64,000 bases of DNA from Nitrospirota bacterium. Its GTDB lineage: Bacteria; Nitrospirota; Thermodesulfovibrionia; Thermodesulfovibrionales; JdFR-88. The notes beneath the pieces are model-generated. The model searched no databases and was not told where the DNA came from. It worked only from the letters and a program-made list of their open reading frames with translations. Each line of letters starts with the position of its first letter. Position 1 is the first letter of the stretch. The stretch is from positions 4,776 to 68,775 of the forward strand of contig JAKAJM010000004.1 of the NCBI GenBank assembly GCA_021813765.1. Reading direction: 5' to 3'. Below are positions 19,238 through 31,649 of this stretch, piece by piece. Made by a program: the position numbers and the translations under genes.

Positions 19238-20389
19238 ATGCTTAAGCGCTATTTACTGGCTCCGGGGCCTACGCCCGTCCCGCCGGAGGTGCTCCTCCGG
19301 ATGGCCATGCCGATAATACACCACAGGGCCCCCGACTTTATCCCGGTATTCGAGTCAGCCAAAAACAGGCTTAAATGGCTCTTTCAGACAAACAACGACA
19401 CCCTGATCCTTACCTCAAGCGGCACCGGGGCGATGACGGCGTCGGTCAACAACTTCTTCAACCCCGGAGAGCGGGTGCTTGTCGTAAACGGCGGGAAATT
19501 CGGAGAGCGGTGGACGAAGATATGCCAGGCCTACGGCCTTTCGGTAACGGAGATAACAGTCCCCTGGGGGCAGGCCGTCAGCGCGTCAGACGTGGCCCAG
19601 GCCCTGGAGAAGGACTCTTCCGTAAAGGCTGTCTTCATGCAGGCGGTCGAGACCTCCACAGGCGTTTACCATGATGTCGAGGCTGTGGGGGCGGCCGTAA
19701 GGAATAAAAAGGACGTCCTTTTCATAGTGGACGCAATAAGCGCCCTCGTTGCCCACGACCTTAAGACCGACGCATGGGGAGTGGACCTCATGGTTGGCGG
19801 GTCGCAGAAAGGTCTCATGCTGCCGCCGGGCCTGGCATTCCTGAGCGTCTCGGAAAAGGCATGGGCGAAGGCCGAAGGATCGAAGATGCCCCGCTTTTAT
19901 TTCAACCTGAAGAAAGAGCGCGACGGCCTTAAGAAAAACCAGACCAACTTCACTCCCGCGGTCTCTCTTATCGTAGGGCTTGACGCCGCCCTGGGAATGC
20001 TGGAGGAAGAGGGCTTGGGCGCGGTATTTGCCCGCCACGCAAGGCTTGCAAATGCGATGAGGCAGGCGGTTTCCGCAATGGGGCTGGAGATATACCCCTC
20101 GCAGTCGCCCAGCAACTCGGTGACGGCAGTAAAGGCCCCCGAGGGGGTGGACGGACAGGAGATATACAAGACCCTCAGGGAAAGATACGGAGTGACGGCG
20201 GCAGGCGGCCAGGACAAGCTCAAGGGGAAGGTCTTCCGCATCGCCCACCTGGGCTATGCCGGCACCTTCGACGTGATCACGGCCGTTGCAGCGGTCGAGA
20301 TGACCCTCAAGGGCCTGGGGCACCCCATAAAGCTTGGAAGCGGGGTTGGCGCCGCCGAGGAGATACTTGTTGAGAAAAGGACGGCATAG
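19238..20389 (+). CDS. Class-V aminotransferase (serine-pyruvate / phosphoserine aminotransferase-like)
   Basis: 383 aa with PLP-lysine region GGSQKGLMLPPG. It lies immediately upstream of serA, which suggests a SerC-equivalent role (inference). Confidence 0.85.
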   Translation: MLKRYLLAPGPTPVPPEVLLRMAMPIIHHRAPDFIPVFESAKNRLKWLFQTNNDTLILTSSGTGAMTASVNNFFNPGERVLVVNGGKFGERWTKICQAYGLSVTEITVPWGQAVSASDVAQALEKDSSVKAVFMQAVETSTGVYHDVEAVGAAVRNKKDVLFIVDAISALVAHDLKTDAWGVDLMVGGSQKGLMLPPGLAFLSVSEKAWAKAEGSKMPRFYFNLKKERDGLKKNQTNFTPAVSLIVGLDAALGMLEEEGLGAVFARHARLANAMRQAVSAMGLEIYPSQSPSNSVTAVKAPEGVDGQEIYKTLRERYGVTAAGGQDKLKGKVFRIAHLGYAGTFDVITAVAAVEMTLKGLGHPIKLGSGVGAAEEILVEKRTA

Positions 20390-20396
20390 ACAATAA

Positions 20397-23263
<2,867 letters not shown>

Positions 23264-23337
23264 TTTTTTGCTTTTCCCCGGGCCTTTTAAAATATCCTGT
23301 CAAACTGAGGGGAAAAGCGGTTTTTAAGACCAGGGCA

Positions 23338-24024
23338 TTGAACTTTTTGCTTAATGGTTTTTTTCCCTCCGAATGCCCGCGCTGCGGCAAGCCCTCGGAC
23401 AGCCCGCGCCACGCCCCGCTCTGTTATGAATGCTGGGGGGCGATATCCCCTTATAATGGGCCTTCCTGCGGCATATGCGGCGAGCCTCTGGCTTCCGGGC
23501 ACGGATCCGTTTGCGGGGAATGCCTGGCGGACAGGCCGGCATTTTCGAAGGCATATGCTTACGGGCTTTTCGACGGCACGCTTAAGGAGGCCATCCACTG
23601 CTATAAGTTCGCCTCGATACGGAGGCTTGCCGCGCCCCTTGCGGGCCTGCTTGGCGGTCTGGGGCTGCCAGCCGTCGATGTGGTGGCCGCCGTCCCGCTG
23701 ACCAAGAAAAGGCTCCTTGAGCGGGGTTTCAACCAGAGCATGCTCCTGGGCAGGGAAGTGGCCCGCATGACCGGCGCAAAGCTCCTTCCACATGCGCTCC
23801 TGAAGGTAAAGGACACTCCCGCCCAGGCGGGGCTTGGCAGGAAAGAGCGCAGTCTGAACCTGAGGGGGGCTTTCATGTGCGGAGGGCCTGTCTCCGGCCA
23901 GACCGTCATCCTGGTGGATGACGTCATCACAACAGGGGCGACGGCCAGGGAATGCTCAAAGGTGCTTGCCAAGGCGGGCGCCAGGGAAGTGTACGTCGTT
24001 GCGCTTGCCCGCACGAAAAAATAA
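23338..24024 (+). CDS. comF: ComF family protein / amidophosphoribosyltransferase-like
   Basis: It has an N-terminal zinc-ribbon cysteines (CPRCG...CYEC...CGICG...CGEC) and PRT motif VILVDDVITTGAT. The only ATG (23170) overlaps purA by 94 nt. I chose an in-frame TTG at 23338 (MNFLLNGFFPSECPRCG), so the start is uncertain. Confidence 0.75.
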   Translation: MNFLLNGFFPSECPRCGKPSDSPRHAPLCYECWGAISPYNGPSCGICGEPLASGHGSVCGECLADRPAFSKAYAYGLFDGTLKEAIHCYKFASIRRLAAPLAGLLGGLGLPAVDVVAAVPLTKKRLLERGFNQSMLLGREVARMTGAKLLPHALLKVKDTPAQAGLGRKERSLNLRGAFMCGGPVSGQTVILVDDVITTGATARECSKVLAKAGAREVYVVALARTKK

Positions 24025-24129
24025 AATCAAAACCCGCAGATGAAGAACAAGGCCAGAAACAAACACAAAGGCAAAAACAAAAAAGGCAAAACCTTTACAT
24101 TTATCTCGTAAATAAATTATCTTGATAGG

Positions 24130-24786
24130 ATGATCGATTTGCACACGCACACGCTTTTGAGCGACGGGGAGTTGCTTCCGTTCGAGCTTGTGAGGCGGGC
24201 AGTCGCCGCTGGTTACAAGGCCATCGGGATAACGGACCATGTGGATGCCTCCAATATGGACGACGCCATCCCGAGGGTTGTAAAAGCTGTGCGCAAGCTG
24301 AAGGGGCTTCTGCCTATAGAGGTAGTGCCGGGGGCAGAGATAACTCATGCGCCGCCACAGCTTATCAAAGACATGGTCAAGGAGGCAAGGGAGCTCGGTG
24401 CCTGCATTGTGGTGGTCCACGGGGAAACCCTCGCCGAGCCGGTGCTTGAGGGCACAAACCGGGCCGCCATAGAGGCGGGGGCAGATGTGCTGGCCCACCC
24501 CGGGCTGATAAGCATAGAGGACATCCTTTTCGCAAACGAAAAATCGGTTGCCCTTGAGATCACCTCCCGGAAAGGCCACTCGATCTCTAACGGACATGTA
24601 GCCCAGATGGCCGTGAAGTTCGGCGCCCAGGTGGTCATTAATACGGATTCCCACAGCCCCGGCGACCTTATATCCAGGGAGCAGGCCGAAAAGGTGCTTA
24701 TGGGCGCCGGCATCGGCAGGGAGCGGGTCCCGCTGGTTTTTGAGACATCTAAAAACATATTAGAAAAGGCCCTTAGGAGGAGCTGA
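24130..24786 (+). CDS. PHP-domain phosphoesterase (histidinol-phosphatase-like)
   Basis: 218 aa with N-terminal IDLHTHTLLSDG and further His/Asp metal-ligand motifs (ITDHVD, VVHGE). Confidence 0.8.
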   Translation: MIDLHTHTLLSDGELLPFELVRRAVAAGYKAIGITDHVDASNMDDAIPRVVKAVRKLKGLLPIEVVPGAEITHAPPQLIKDMVKEARELGACIVVVHGETLAEPVLEGTNRAAIEAGADVLAHPGLISIEDILFANEKSVALEITSRKGHSISNGHVAQMAVKFGAQVVINTDSHSPGDLISREQAEKVLMGAGIGRERVPLVFETSKNILEKALRRS

Positions 24787-25532
24787 TGCCGCGGACTATA
24801 AAGAAGAGAGCGCCAAAAGAAACCAAGGCCGATGGAATGGCCGTTTATGACGAGCTGAAGGAGTCCATAGCCAGGCGCCAAAAAACGGTGCTTTCATTGT
24901 CCGTTTCGGCCCTTGTTGTGATAGCCATAGTTGCCGGTCTCTATTTCCATCACAGCAGCATGATAAAAAAGGCAAACGAGTACAACGCGCAGGGATACGC
25001 TCTTTACTACGGGCTTTCGCCGCAGGCACCCCCTGCCCCTCAGAGATACACACTGGCCCTTTCTTTTTTTCAGAAGGCATACGCTGCCAGAAAGTCTGCC
25101 TATTCCCTTTATTACGTAGGGGCCTCCCAGTACGCGCTCGGGCAGTACGCGCAGGCGCTGGCCACGCTGAAACAGGTATACACGAATTACTCTGGAGACG
25201 CTCAGTTCGTCCCGCTCAGTCTTTATAAATCGGCAATGGCGTCTCTTAAAATGGGCAATCAGGAAGACGCCATAAAATACCTGTCCATGATGGAGGGCTC
25301 AAGGTTCGATTCGCTCAAGGACATGGCATATTACGAAGACGCAAGAATACTGGAGTCGATGGGCCGGACGGACGAGGCGGACAGGAAGATAAACGAGCTT
25401 ATCCGGCTTTTCCCGCAATCGCCATACGCAATGGACCTCAAGGCCCAGCGCGAAGCGGCTCAGGCGCCGGCAAAACCGGCCGGTGTGGAAAAAAACACAA
25501 AAACAAAAAACCAGGCGCACGCCGGTAAATAG
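24786..25532 (+). CDS. Membrane-anchored tetratricopeptide-repeat protein
   Basis: 248 aa with one transmembrane segment (VLSLSVSALVVIAIVAGLYF) followed by TPR-like repeats. A TGATG overlap joins it to the PHP gene. Confidence 0.7.
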   Translation: MPRTIKKRAPKETKADGMAVYDELKESIARRQKTVLSLSVSALVVIAIVAGLYFHHSSMIKKANEYNAQGYALYYGLSPQAPPAPQRYTLALSFFQKAYAARKSAYSLYYVGASQYALGQYAQALATLKQVYTNYSGDAQFVPLSLYKSAMASLKMGNQEDAIKYLSMMEGSRFDSLKDMAYYEDARILESMGRTDEADRKINELIRLFPQSPYAMDLKAQREAAQAPAKPAGVEKNTKTKNQAHAGK

Positions 25533-25603
25533 GGAAAGCGCCTCCAGCCCTTTAATTTGCTAATTTCCCGTGGCTTGCTGCAGGGTTATATTGCAGCTAT
25601 GTT

Positions 25604-26015
25604 TCATGCCGGCGAAAGCCGCCCAGTTTTAATTTGTTAATAGGAAGGCTCTTCAGAGTTTTGCCCGGGGCGGGTGGCATTCGCTACGTTGGGCCGTCGT
25701 CCCCCTCAGTCAGGCACACTGTGATCCCGGCGCGGCTCAAATGAATACGGCAAGCGGTTTTTTGTCGCCGCGCTATATCGCAAGGGGTCGCTGCGCTCAC
25801 ATGCCCGCCTCTCAACTCATATCGGGTCAGAGGGGCTCCCCCCACATGGAGAAGGCCACGCGGGTCTTGGCCCGCGCGTGAAATCAGAGGATAAAATAAA
25901 AAGCCGTCCAGGCCTACAGGATTCCCGAAAGAACCTAAGATTAAAAACGGGCATTGACTTTTGCCTTTCGGAACATCTTAATTCGCTGGCAAGGGAGCGG
26001 CTTTCGCCGGCATGA
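25604..26015. repeat. Composite intergenic element bounded by a perfect 19-bp inverted repeat (TCATGCCGGCGAAAGCCGC / GCGGCTTTCGCCGGCATGA)
   Basis: The left arm (25604-25622) and right arm (25997-26015) are exact reverse complements. Each contains a CGGC-GAAA-GCCG hairpin. The element fills a convergent, ORF-poor gap of about 555 nt. Confidence 0.85.
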
Positions 26016-26088
26016 CGGACTTATGTGAATTGTTAATGAAACACCATAGTAGGTTCCATTTGACTAAGACGCCAATTAGGAAGCGGTT

Positions 26089-27168
26089 TTACCTGCTTGC
26101 AAGCAGATAGGTGGAATTGTCCGGCGGAAGCAGTATCTTCTGTCCGGGCCATACGTACCTGCCCCGGATATTGTTCAGCCCCCTTATGATAGCCACCGGA
26201 ACACGGAACCTTCTGGCGAGCCAGACTACGGAATCCCGGTATCTGGCTCTGAAAACCCTTAATGGAAGCCTCTGCTCCGGGGTGAGCTTGTCCAGTCTGG
26301 CAAGGAAAGGCATAAGCGTATGTTTGGGTATCCTTAATATGTAGCTTTTTACGTCCAGGGGGGTGCACCACCTGGTTAACTCCGGGTTTAGCGCCTTTAT
26401 CTCGGACAGGCTCACTCCGGCGCATTTTGCAGCTACAGAGAGGTCCAGCGGCTGCCACAAAACGACCTCGTCATAAGAGAACGTATCCTGGGGGACCACA
26501 TTGGCAAACCCGTGGCCGCTGGGGTCAAGGGCGATGGCCCTTGCAGCCAGGAACTTGGGGACGTAGTTCTTTGTTTCATCCGCTATCCTGTTTGTAAAAT
26601 AGAGGTCCCAAAAACTGTTGCCGCCTGTCTTTTCCAGCGCCCTTTTGATCGCCCCTTCTCCTGCGTTGTAAGCTGCCATGGCCAGCCCCCAGGAGCCGAA
26701 CATGTTGTGAAGGTCCTTAAGGTACATGGCCGCCGCCATGGTGGACTTCACCGGGTCGCGCCTTTCGTCCATCCACCAGTTTATCTTTAGGCCGTATCTC
26801 CTGGCCGTTGATTCCATGAACTGCCATGGGCCGACGGCCTTGGCGCGCGAGTCGGCATAAGGGCTGAACCCACTCTCTATCATGGAAAGAAACACAATGT
26901 CCTTTGGGAGATTGTTCTCGGACATTATCTGCTTCATGACGGAAAGGTATTTGGGTGCACGTGAAAGCCACAGGGCGAAAGGCTTTTTCAGGTCCTCAGA
27001 GAAAAATTGCAGGTATTTTGACACCGCCTTTGCCGCAGCGGGACTGTCCTCCAGGTTGGAAATGAAATTGCTGTCCTTTCCCGCCCATGCGCAATGTGAA
27101 AACAGGAAGGTGACAAGCGTCACAATCAGCAAAACATGGCTTACTGTGCGCTTTTTTCCCATGGTCAT
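26089..27168 (-). CDS. Lytic transglycosylase (SLT domain) with C-terminal LysM repeats (MltD-like)
   Basis: 359 aa with a signal peptide, an SLT motif (SMIESGF...GPWQFM...AYNAGEG) and two LysM-like repeats. Confidence 0.85.
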   Translation of the reverse strand: MTMGKKRTVSHVLLIVTLVTFLFSHCAWAGKDSNFISNLEDSPAAAKAVSKYLQFFSEDLKKPFALWLSRAPKYLSVMKQIMSENNLPKDIVFLSMIESGFSPYADSRAKAVGPWQFMESTARRYGLKINWWMDERRDPVKSTMAAAMYLKDLHNMFGSWGLAMAAYNAGEGAIKRALEKTGGNSFWDLYFTNRIADETKNYVPKFLAARAIALDPSGHGFANVVPQDTFSYDEVVLWQPLDLSVAAKCAGVSLSEIKALNPELTRWCTPLDVKSYILRIPKHTLMPFLARLDKLTPEQRLPLRVFRARYRDSVVWLARRFRVPVAIIRGLNNIRGRYVWPGQKILLPPDNSTYLLASR

Positions 27169-27293
27169 TATTTCTATCGCATCTGCGTGACGATTGTCAA
27201 GTGATTTTACCGGAAGATTTTCCTCTGCGGCCTCTTGTTTACAGGGGCTGCCTGCAGGCGTTATACTACAAGCTTAAAAAATAGGGGAGGCTT

Positions 27294-29543
27294 ATGTCTG
27301 TAAAGAGGAATCTCTGGCCGTTGGTGCTTGTTTGCCTCATCTTATCATTTTGGGGAGCGTCTGTCGAGGGCGCGCAGCCGATCGTTACGCGCATAGAGAT
27401 AAGGGGCCTTTACAGGATCGAAGAAGGCGTTGTACGGAAGCAGATATCGCAGCAGACTGGCCAGCCTCTTTCCCAGAAGAAGATCAGCCGGGACATAAAG
27501 AGCATATATTCCACCGGCTATTTCAAGGACGTAAAGGTGGAAGGGCTGCCCTCCGAGGGCGGCATCACGCTCATCTACGTCGTCAAGGAAAAACCAACCA
27601 TATCCGGGGTCAATATTTATGGCAACAAGCAGATAAAACTCCAGGACATAAGAAAGCAGATCAGCATAACGCCAGGTTCAGTGGCCGACACGGTCCTCAT
27701 AAACGATAATGCCGCCAAGATAAGGTACTATTACGAGTCCGAGGGCTTCAGCCTCACCCAGGTGGTGCCGGTAGTAAGGGTGCTGAGCGGAAACCGTGCA
27801 GACCTCACCTATGTGATAAAAGAAGGCCCCAAGATAAAAATAAGGAAAATAAGGTTCATAGGGAACAGGGCGCTTACAAGCGGCGAGATAAAAAAGGTGA
27901 TGAAGAGCAGGGAGCGGTGGTTCTTCTCGTTCCTCACTAAAAGCGGATATTACAAAAAAGACGACCTCGTTGCCGACAGCGACCGTATACGGGACCTCTA
28001 TTACGACCACGGGTACATACAGGCCGTTGTCTCTCCGCCAAAGACCACCCTTTCGCCGGACAAGAAATGGGCCACCATTACGTACAAGATAAACGAGGGG
28101 GACCAGTTCAGGATATCCGCCATAAGCATCAAAGGCAACAAGGTGGTAAGCACCAAGGTCCTTGAGTCCCTGCTCAAGTCAAAAGCGGGAGAGCCGGTCA
28201 GCCGGAAGCTTGTTCAGGAGGATGTTGTGGACCTTACGCAGCGGTACTCCGAGCATGGCTATGCGCTTGCGGTTATAAACCCGGAGCTTGTGCCGGACAT
28301 AGCGAAAAAAACCGTGGCCATCACCTTCCAGATAGACGAAGGGGCGCTCTACCATGTGGGGAGGATAGAGATATCCGGAAACCAGAAGACAAGGGACTGG
28401 GTGATAAGAAGGGAAATACTCCTTAACGAAGGAGATATCTTCAACAGCGCGCTACTCAGGAAAAGCTACGAGAACCTCAACAACCTGAACTACTTCAGCA
28501 GCGTCACCATGAACCCGCAGCCTGTCCCCACGGCCAAGCAGGTGAACCTCGACGTGAACGTAAAGGAAAAGCCCACGGGCTTTTTGAGCATAGGCGGCGG
28601 GTACAGCTCCGTAGACAAGCTGATAGGCATGGTCAACATATCCCAGGGAAACCTTGGCGGAAGAGGCCAGTCGCTGAAATTAAGCGGCGAGCTTGGCGGG
28701 CTTTCCAGCTTCTATGAGCTCTCCTTTAATGAGCCGTGGCTGTTTGGCCGTCGTCTGTCCCTTTCCACCTCCATCTACAAGCAGACCCAGGACTATCTCG
28801 ATTACACCAGGGAGGCCAGCGGCTTTGACGTGGGCCTTAGCAGGGCCATATCCGCAAACACCTGGCTGAGCGCCGACTACAGGTTCGAATACGCGACCAT
28901 CTCGGGGGTGTTGAATTCGGCCTCTCCGGTGATACAGGACCAGGCCGGCTCCAAGCTCACAAGCAGCATAACCCCCGGCATCGTGAGGGACACCAGGGAC
29001 AACTACCTGCTGCCCCATAGGGGTTCAAGGAACAGCCTCTACGTCACTTTTGCAGGCCTAGGCGGCGACAACAAGTTCCTCAAGGTGGTCGGCGAATCCG
29101 GATGGTTTTTCCCGGTGTCAAGGAAAACCACGCTCTCGCTCCACGGTATAATAGGGTACGGCACCGGTCTTTTCGGCTCCGAGCTGCCACTCTATGAGAG
29201 GTTCTATGTCGGAGGCATCTACACGGTAAGGGGCCTGGGGTATGGCGACGGAGGCCCGAAAGACATAAATGGGGAGCCCATAGGCGGCTTGAACGAAATG
29301 GTGGGCAATGTGGATTATATCTATCCGCTGATAGGCGCCTTTAAATTATATGGAGACGTCTTTTTCGACGCCGGCTCCGCCTATGACAGCCTCCTGCCGA
29401 AGGACATAAGGTACACGACGGGCACCGGTATCAGGTGGATCTCGCCTATAGGTCCGATAAGGATAGAGTGGGGCTGGGACATAAACAAGAAGCCGGATGA
29501 GAAATCAAACAGGGTGGACTTCACTTTCGGCACGTTCTTCTAG
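27294..29543 (+). CDS. bamA: Outer-membrane protein assembly factor BamA (Omp85)
   Basis: 749 aa with a signal peptide, repeated POTRA units and a C-terminal beta-barrel ending ...FTFGTFF. Confidence 0.92.
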   Translation: MSVKRNLWPLVLVCLILSFWGASVEGAQPIVTRIEIRGLYRIEEGVVRKQISQQTGQPLSQKKISRDIKSIYSTGYFKDVKVEGLPSEGGITLIYVVKEKPTISGVNIYGNKQIKLQDIRKQISITPGSVADTVLINDNAAKIRYYYESEGFSLTQVVPVVRVLSGNRADLTYVIKEGPKIKIRKIRFIGNRALTSGEIKKVMKSRERWFFSFLTKSGYYKKDDLVADSDRIRDLYYDHGYIQAVVSPPKTTLSPDKKWATITYKINEGDQFRISAISIKGNKVVSTKVLESLLKSKAGEPVSRKLVQEDVVDLTQRYSEHGYALAVINPELVPDIAKKTVAITFQIDEGALYHVGRIEISGNQKTRDWVIRREILLNEGDIFNSALLRKSYENLNNLNYFSSVTMNPQPVPTAKQVNLDVNVKEKPTGFLSIGGGYSSVDKLIGMVNISQGNLGGRGQSLKLSGELGGLSSFYELSFNEPWLFGRRLSLSTSIYKQTQDYLDYTREASGFDVGLSRAISANTWLSADYRFEYATISGVLNSASPVIQDQAGSKLTSSITPGIVRDTRDNYLLPHRGSRNSLYVTFAGLGGDNKFLKVVGESGWFFPVSRKTTLSLHGIIGYGTGLFGSELPLYERFYVGGIYTVRGLGYGDGGPKDINGEPIGGLNEMVGNVDYIYPLIGAFKLYGDVFFDAGSAYDSLLPKDIRYTTGTGIRWISPIGPIRIEWGWDINKKPDEKSNRVDFTFGTFF

Positions 29544-29603
29544 ACAGAAGCATGCCGGTGAAAGCAAAATAAATAAACAGCCAGTCAAAAGGAGAAAGTA
29601 AGA

Positions 29604-30161
29604 ATGAAAAAAGCGATATTGATGGCAGCGGCAATGCTCCTTCTCGTCGCGCAGGTTGCGGTGGCGCAGACCGCCAAGTCCGTTGGGAAGAACGAGGATA
29701 AGATAGGCTATGTGGACCTTCAGAGGGCCCTTAACGATTCAAACGACGGCAAGGCCGCCAAGGTCGAGCTGCAGGCGGAGATGAAGGACATGCAGGCCAA
29801 CATAGACAAAAAGATATCGGAGCGGGACAAACTGAAGGCGGAGCTCGAAAGGCAGTCCTCCGTCCTTTCCCCCAAGGCGAAAAGGGCCAAAGAGGCCGCC
29901 CTTGAAAAACTTACCGAGGACACGCAGCAGCTCATAACGGAATCCAACCAGGAGATGCAGCAGAAGCAGCGGGAAAAAGAGGTGGTCATCCTCAAGAAGA
30001 TAAAGGACGCCATAGACCAGATAGGCAAGAAGGACCACTATATGGTGATACTGCCGGCGGACGTCATCCTGTACGCGCATGGGGCAAAGGAGATCACCGA
30101 CCAGGTAATACAGGTGGTAAACCAGATGCCCTCGTCGGCACCGGCCAAAACGGGCAAATAA
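29604..30161 (+). CDS. skp: OmpH/Skp periplasmic chaperone
   Basis: 185 aa with a signal peptide and a coiled-coil K/E/Q-rich body. It holds the canonical position between bamA and lpxD. Confidence 0.85.
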   Translation: MKKAILMAAAMLLLVAQVAVAQTAKSVGKNEDKIGYVDLQRALNDSNDGKAAKVELQAEMKDMQANIDKKISERDKLKAELERQSSVLSPKAKRAKEAALEKLTEDTQQLITESNQEMQQKQREKEVVILKKIKDAIDQIGKKDHYMVILPADVILYAHGAKEITDQVIQVVNQMPSSAPAKTGK

Positions 30162-30179
30162 AGACGCCTTCCCGGTTAT

Positions 30180-31217
30180 ATGAAACTCTCTGAGATCGCA
30201 AGCCTGCTTGGCGGCAGGCTGCAAGGAGACCCTGGCATGGAGATAACCGGGGTCTCAGGGATCGAAGACGCAGGCCCTGGGGACATAACCTACCTGCTGA
30301 AGCCGTCCCTTGCCGGCAAGGCGGAGGGCTCTTCCGCCGCCTGCATCATCGTGAAAGACGCCTTCCTGCCCGGGCTCAATAAAAGCCAGCTTGCGGTGGA
30401 CGACCCGCAGCTTGCCTTCGTCCGGCTGCTGGAGCATTTCCATGCCGCAAGCCGACCGGCGGCAGGTGTAAGCGGTCTGGCTTTCATTTCGGAAGGAGCG
30501 GAGATAGACTCCCAGGCCGCCGTGCTCCCCTTCGCCTTCATAGGGGAAGGGGCCCGCATAGGCGCTGGCAGTGTTATTTATCCGGGTGTTTTCGTTGGAG
30601 CGGGCTCAAAGATAGGGCGGGACTGCACCTTATACCCTAACGTCACCGTGCGCGAGGGCGTCACCATTGGGGACAGGGTGAGGATACATGCCGGAAGCGT
30701 GATAGGGGCCGATGGCTTTGGCTACATCATGCGGGAGGGTAGGCACATCAAGATCCCGCAGGTGGGCGGGGTCGTGATCGAGGACGACGTGGAGATAGGG
30801 GCATGCACAACGATAGACCGGGCGACAACCGGCAACACGCTAATAGGCAAGGGCGCAAAGATAGACAACCTGGTGCAGATAGCCCATAACGTGAAGATCG
30901 GGGTGGGCTCCATTGTGGTCGCCCAGGCCGGGGTAGCGGGCAGCTCCACGCTTGGCAACTATGTGATAGTGGCCGGACAGGCCGGCATAGCCGACCATGT
31001 CCGGATCGAGGACGGCTCTGTCGTGGGCGCCAATTCAGGCGTTATGCCAGGCACCAGTCTTTCAAAGGGGGCCTATGCTGGCTCCCCCGTGATGCCGCAC
31101 AGGCAGTGGCTGAAGGCGATGTCGCTTACGGCCAGGCTGCCCGAGATGAACAAGGCCCTGCAGGACCTTGAAAAAAGGCTATCAGGACTTGAAAGGAGGC
31201 TTTTGCGCGAGGAATGA
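30180..31217 (+). CDS. lpxD: UDP-3-O-acylglucosamine N-acyltransferase
   Basis: 345 aa with left-handed beta-helix hexapeptide repeats. Synteny skp-lpxD-fabZ-lpxA supports the call. Confidence 0.92.
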   Translation: MKLSEIASLLGGRLQGDPGMEITGVSGIEDAGPGDITYLLKPSLAGKAEGSSAACIIVKDAFLPGLNKSQLAVDDPQLAFVRLLEHFHAASRPAAGVSGLAFISEGAEIDSQAAVLPFAFIGEGARIGAGSVIYPGVFVGAGSKIGRDCTLYPNVTVREGVTIGDRVRIHAGSVIGADGFGYIMREGRHIKIPQVGGVVIEDDVEIGACTTIDRATTGNTLIGKGAKIDNLVQIAHNVKIGVGSIVVAQAGVAGSSTLGNYVIVAGQAGIADHVRIEDGSVVGANSGVMPGTSLSKGAYAGSPVMPHRQWLKAMSLTARLPEMNKALQDLEKRLSGLERRLLREE

Positions 31218-31645
31218 TAAACGTCAGGGAGATCGAATCCATACTTCCCCACAGGTTCCCTTTTTTGCTTGTTGACAGGATAACGGAAATGGTCCCGGGG
31301 GAAAGGGCCACGGGGATAAAGAACGCCACCATCAATGAGCACTTTTTCACCGGCCATTTCCCCGGAAACCCCATAATGCCGGGCGTCCTCATAATAGAGG
31401 CGCTGGCACAGACGGCCGGGGTGCTTGCCTTTAAATCCGGCATGCAGGGCAAAGGGGTGTATTTCATGAGCATTGACAAGGTGAAGTTCAGAAAGCCTGT
31501 GGTGCCTGGGGACCAGGTGCACCTTGAGGTAAAGGTTCTTCAGCACAGGGATAAGGTCTGGAAATTCGCAGGCCGCGCTGTCGTGGACTCCAAGGTGGCG
31601 GCTGAGGCCGAATTCACCGCGATGGTTACGGACCGGGAGATCTGA
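31214..31645 (+). CDS. fabZ: 3-hydroxyacyl-ACP dehydratase
   Basis: 143 aa with [12 protein letters not shown] and [19 protein letters not shown]. Confidence 0.95.
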   Translation: MINVREIESILPHRFPFLLVDRITEMVPGERATGIKNATINEHFFTGHFPGNPIMPGVLIIEALAQTAGVLAFKSGMQGKGVYFMSIDKVKFRKPVVPGDQVHLEVKVLQHRDKVWKFAGRAVVDSKVAAEAEFTAMVTDREI

Positions 31646-31649
31646 AAAA

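Noticed and set aside
25665-25812. The repeated 150-nt core as a conserved small-protein gene.
   Set aside because: Short peptide similarity exists on the minus strand (..PCD(I/M)ARRQK..). However, the two copies differ by indels that are not all multiples of three, and there is no start codon or ribosome-binding-site context. A nucleic-acid-level element explains the data better.
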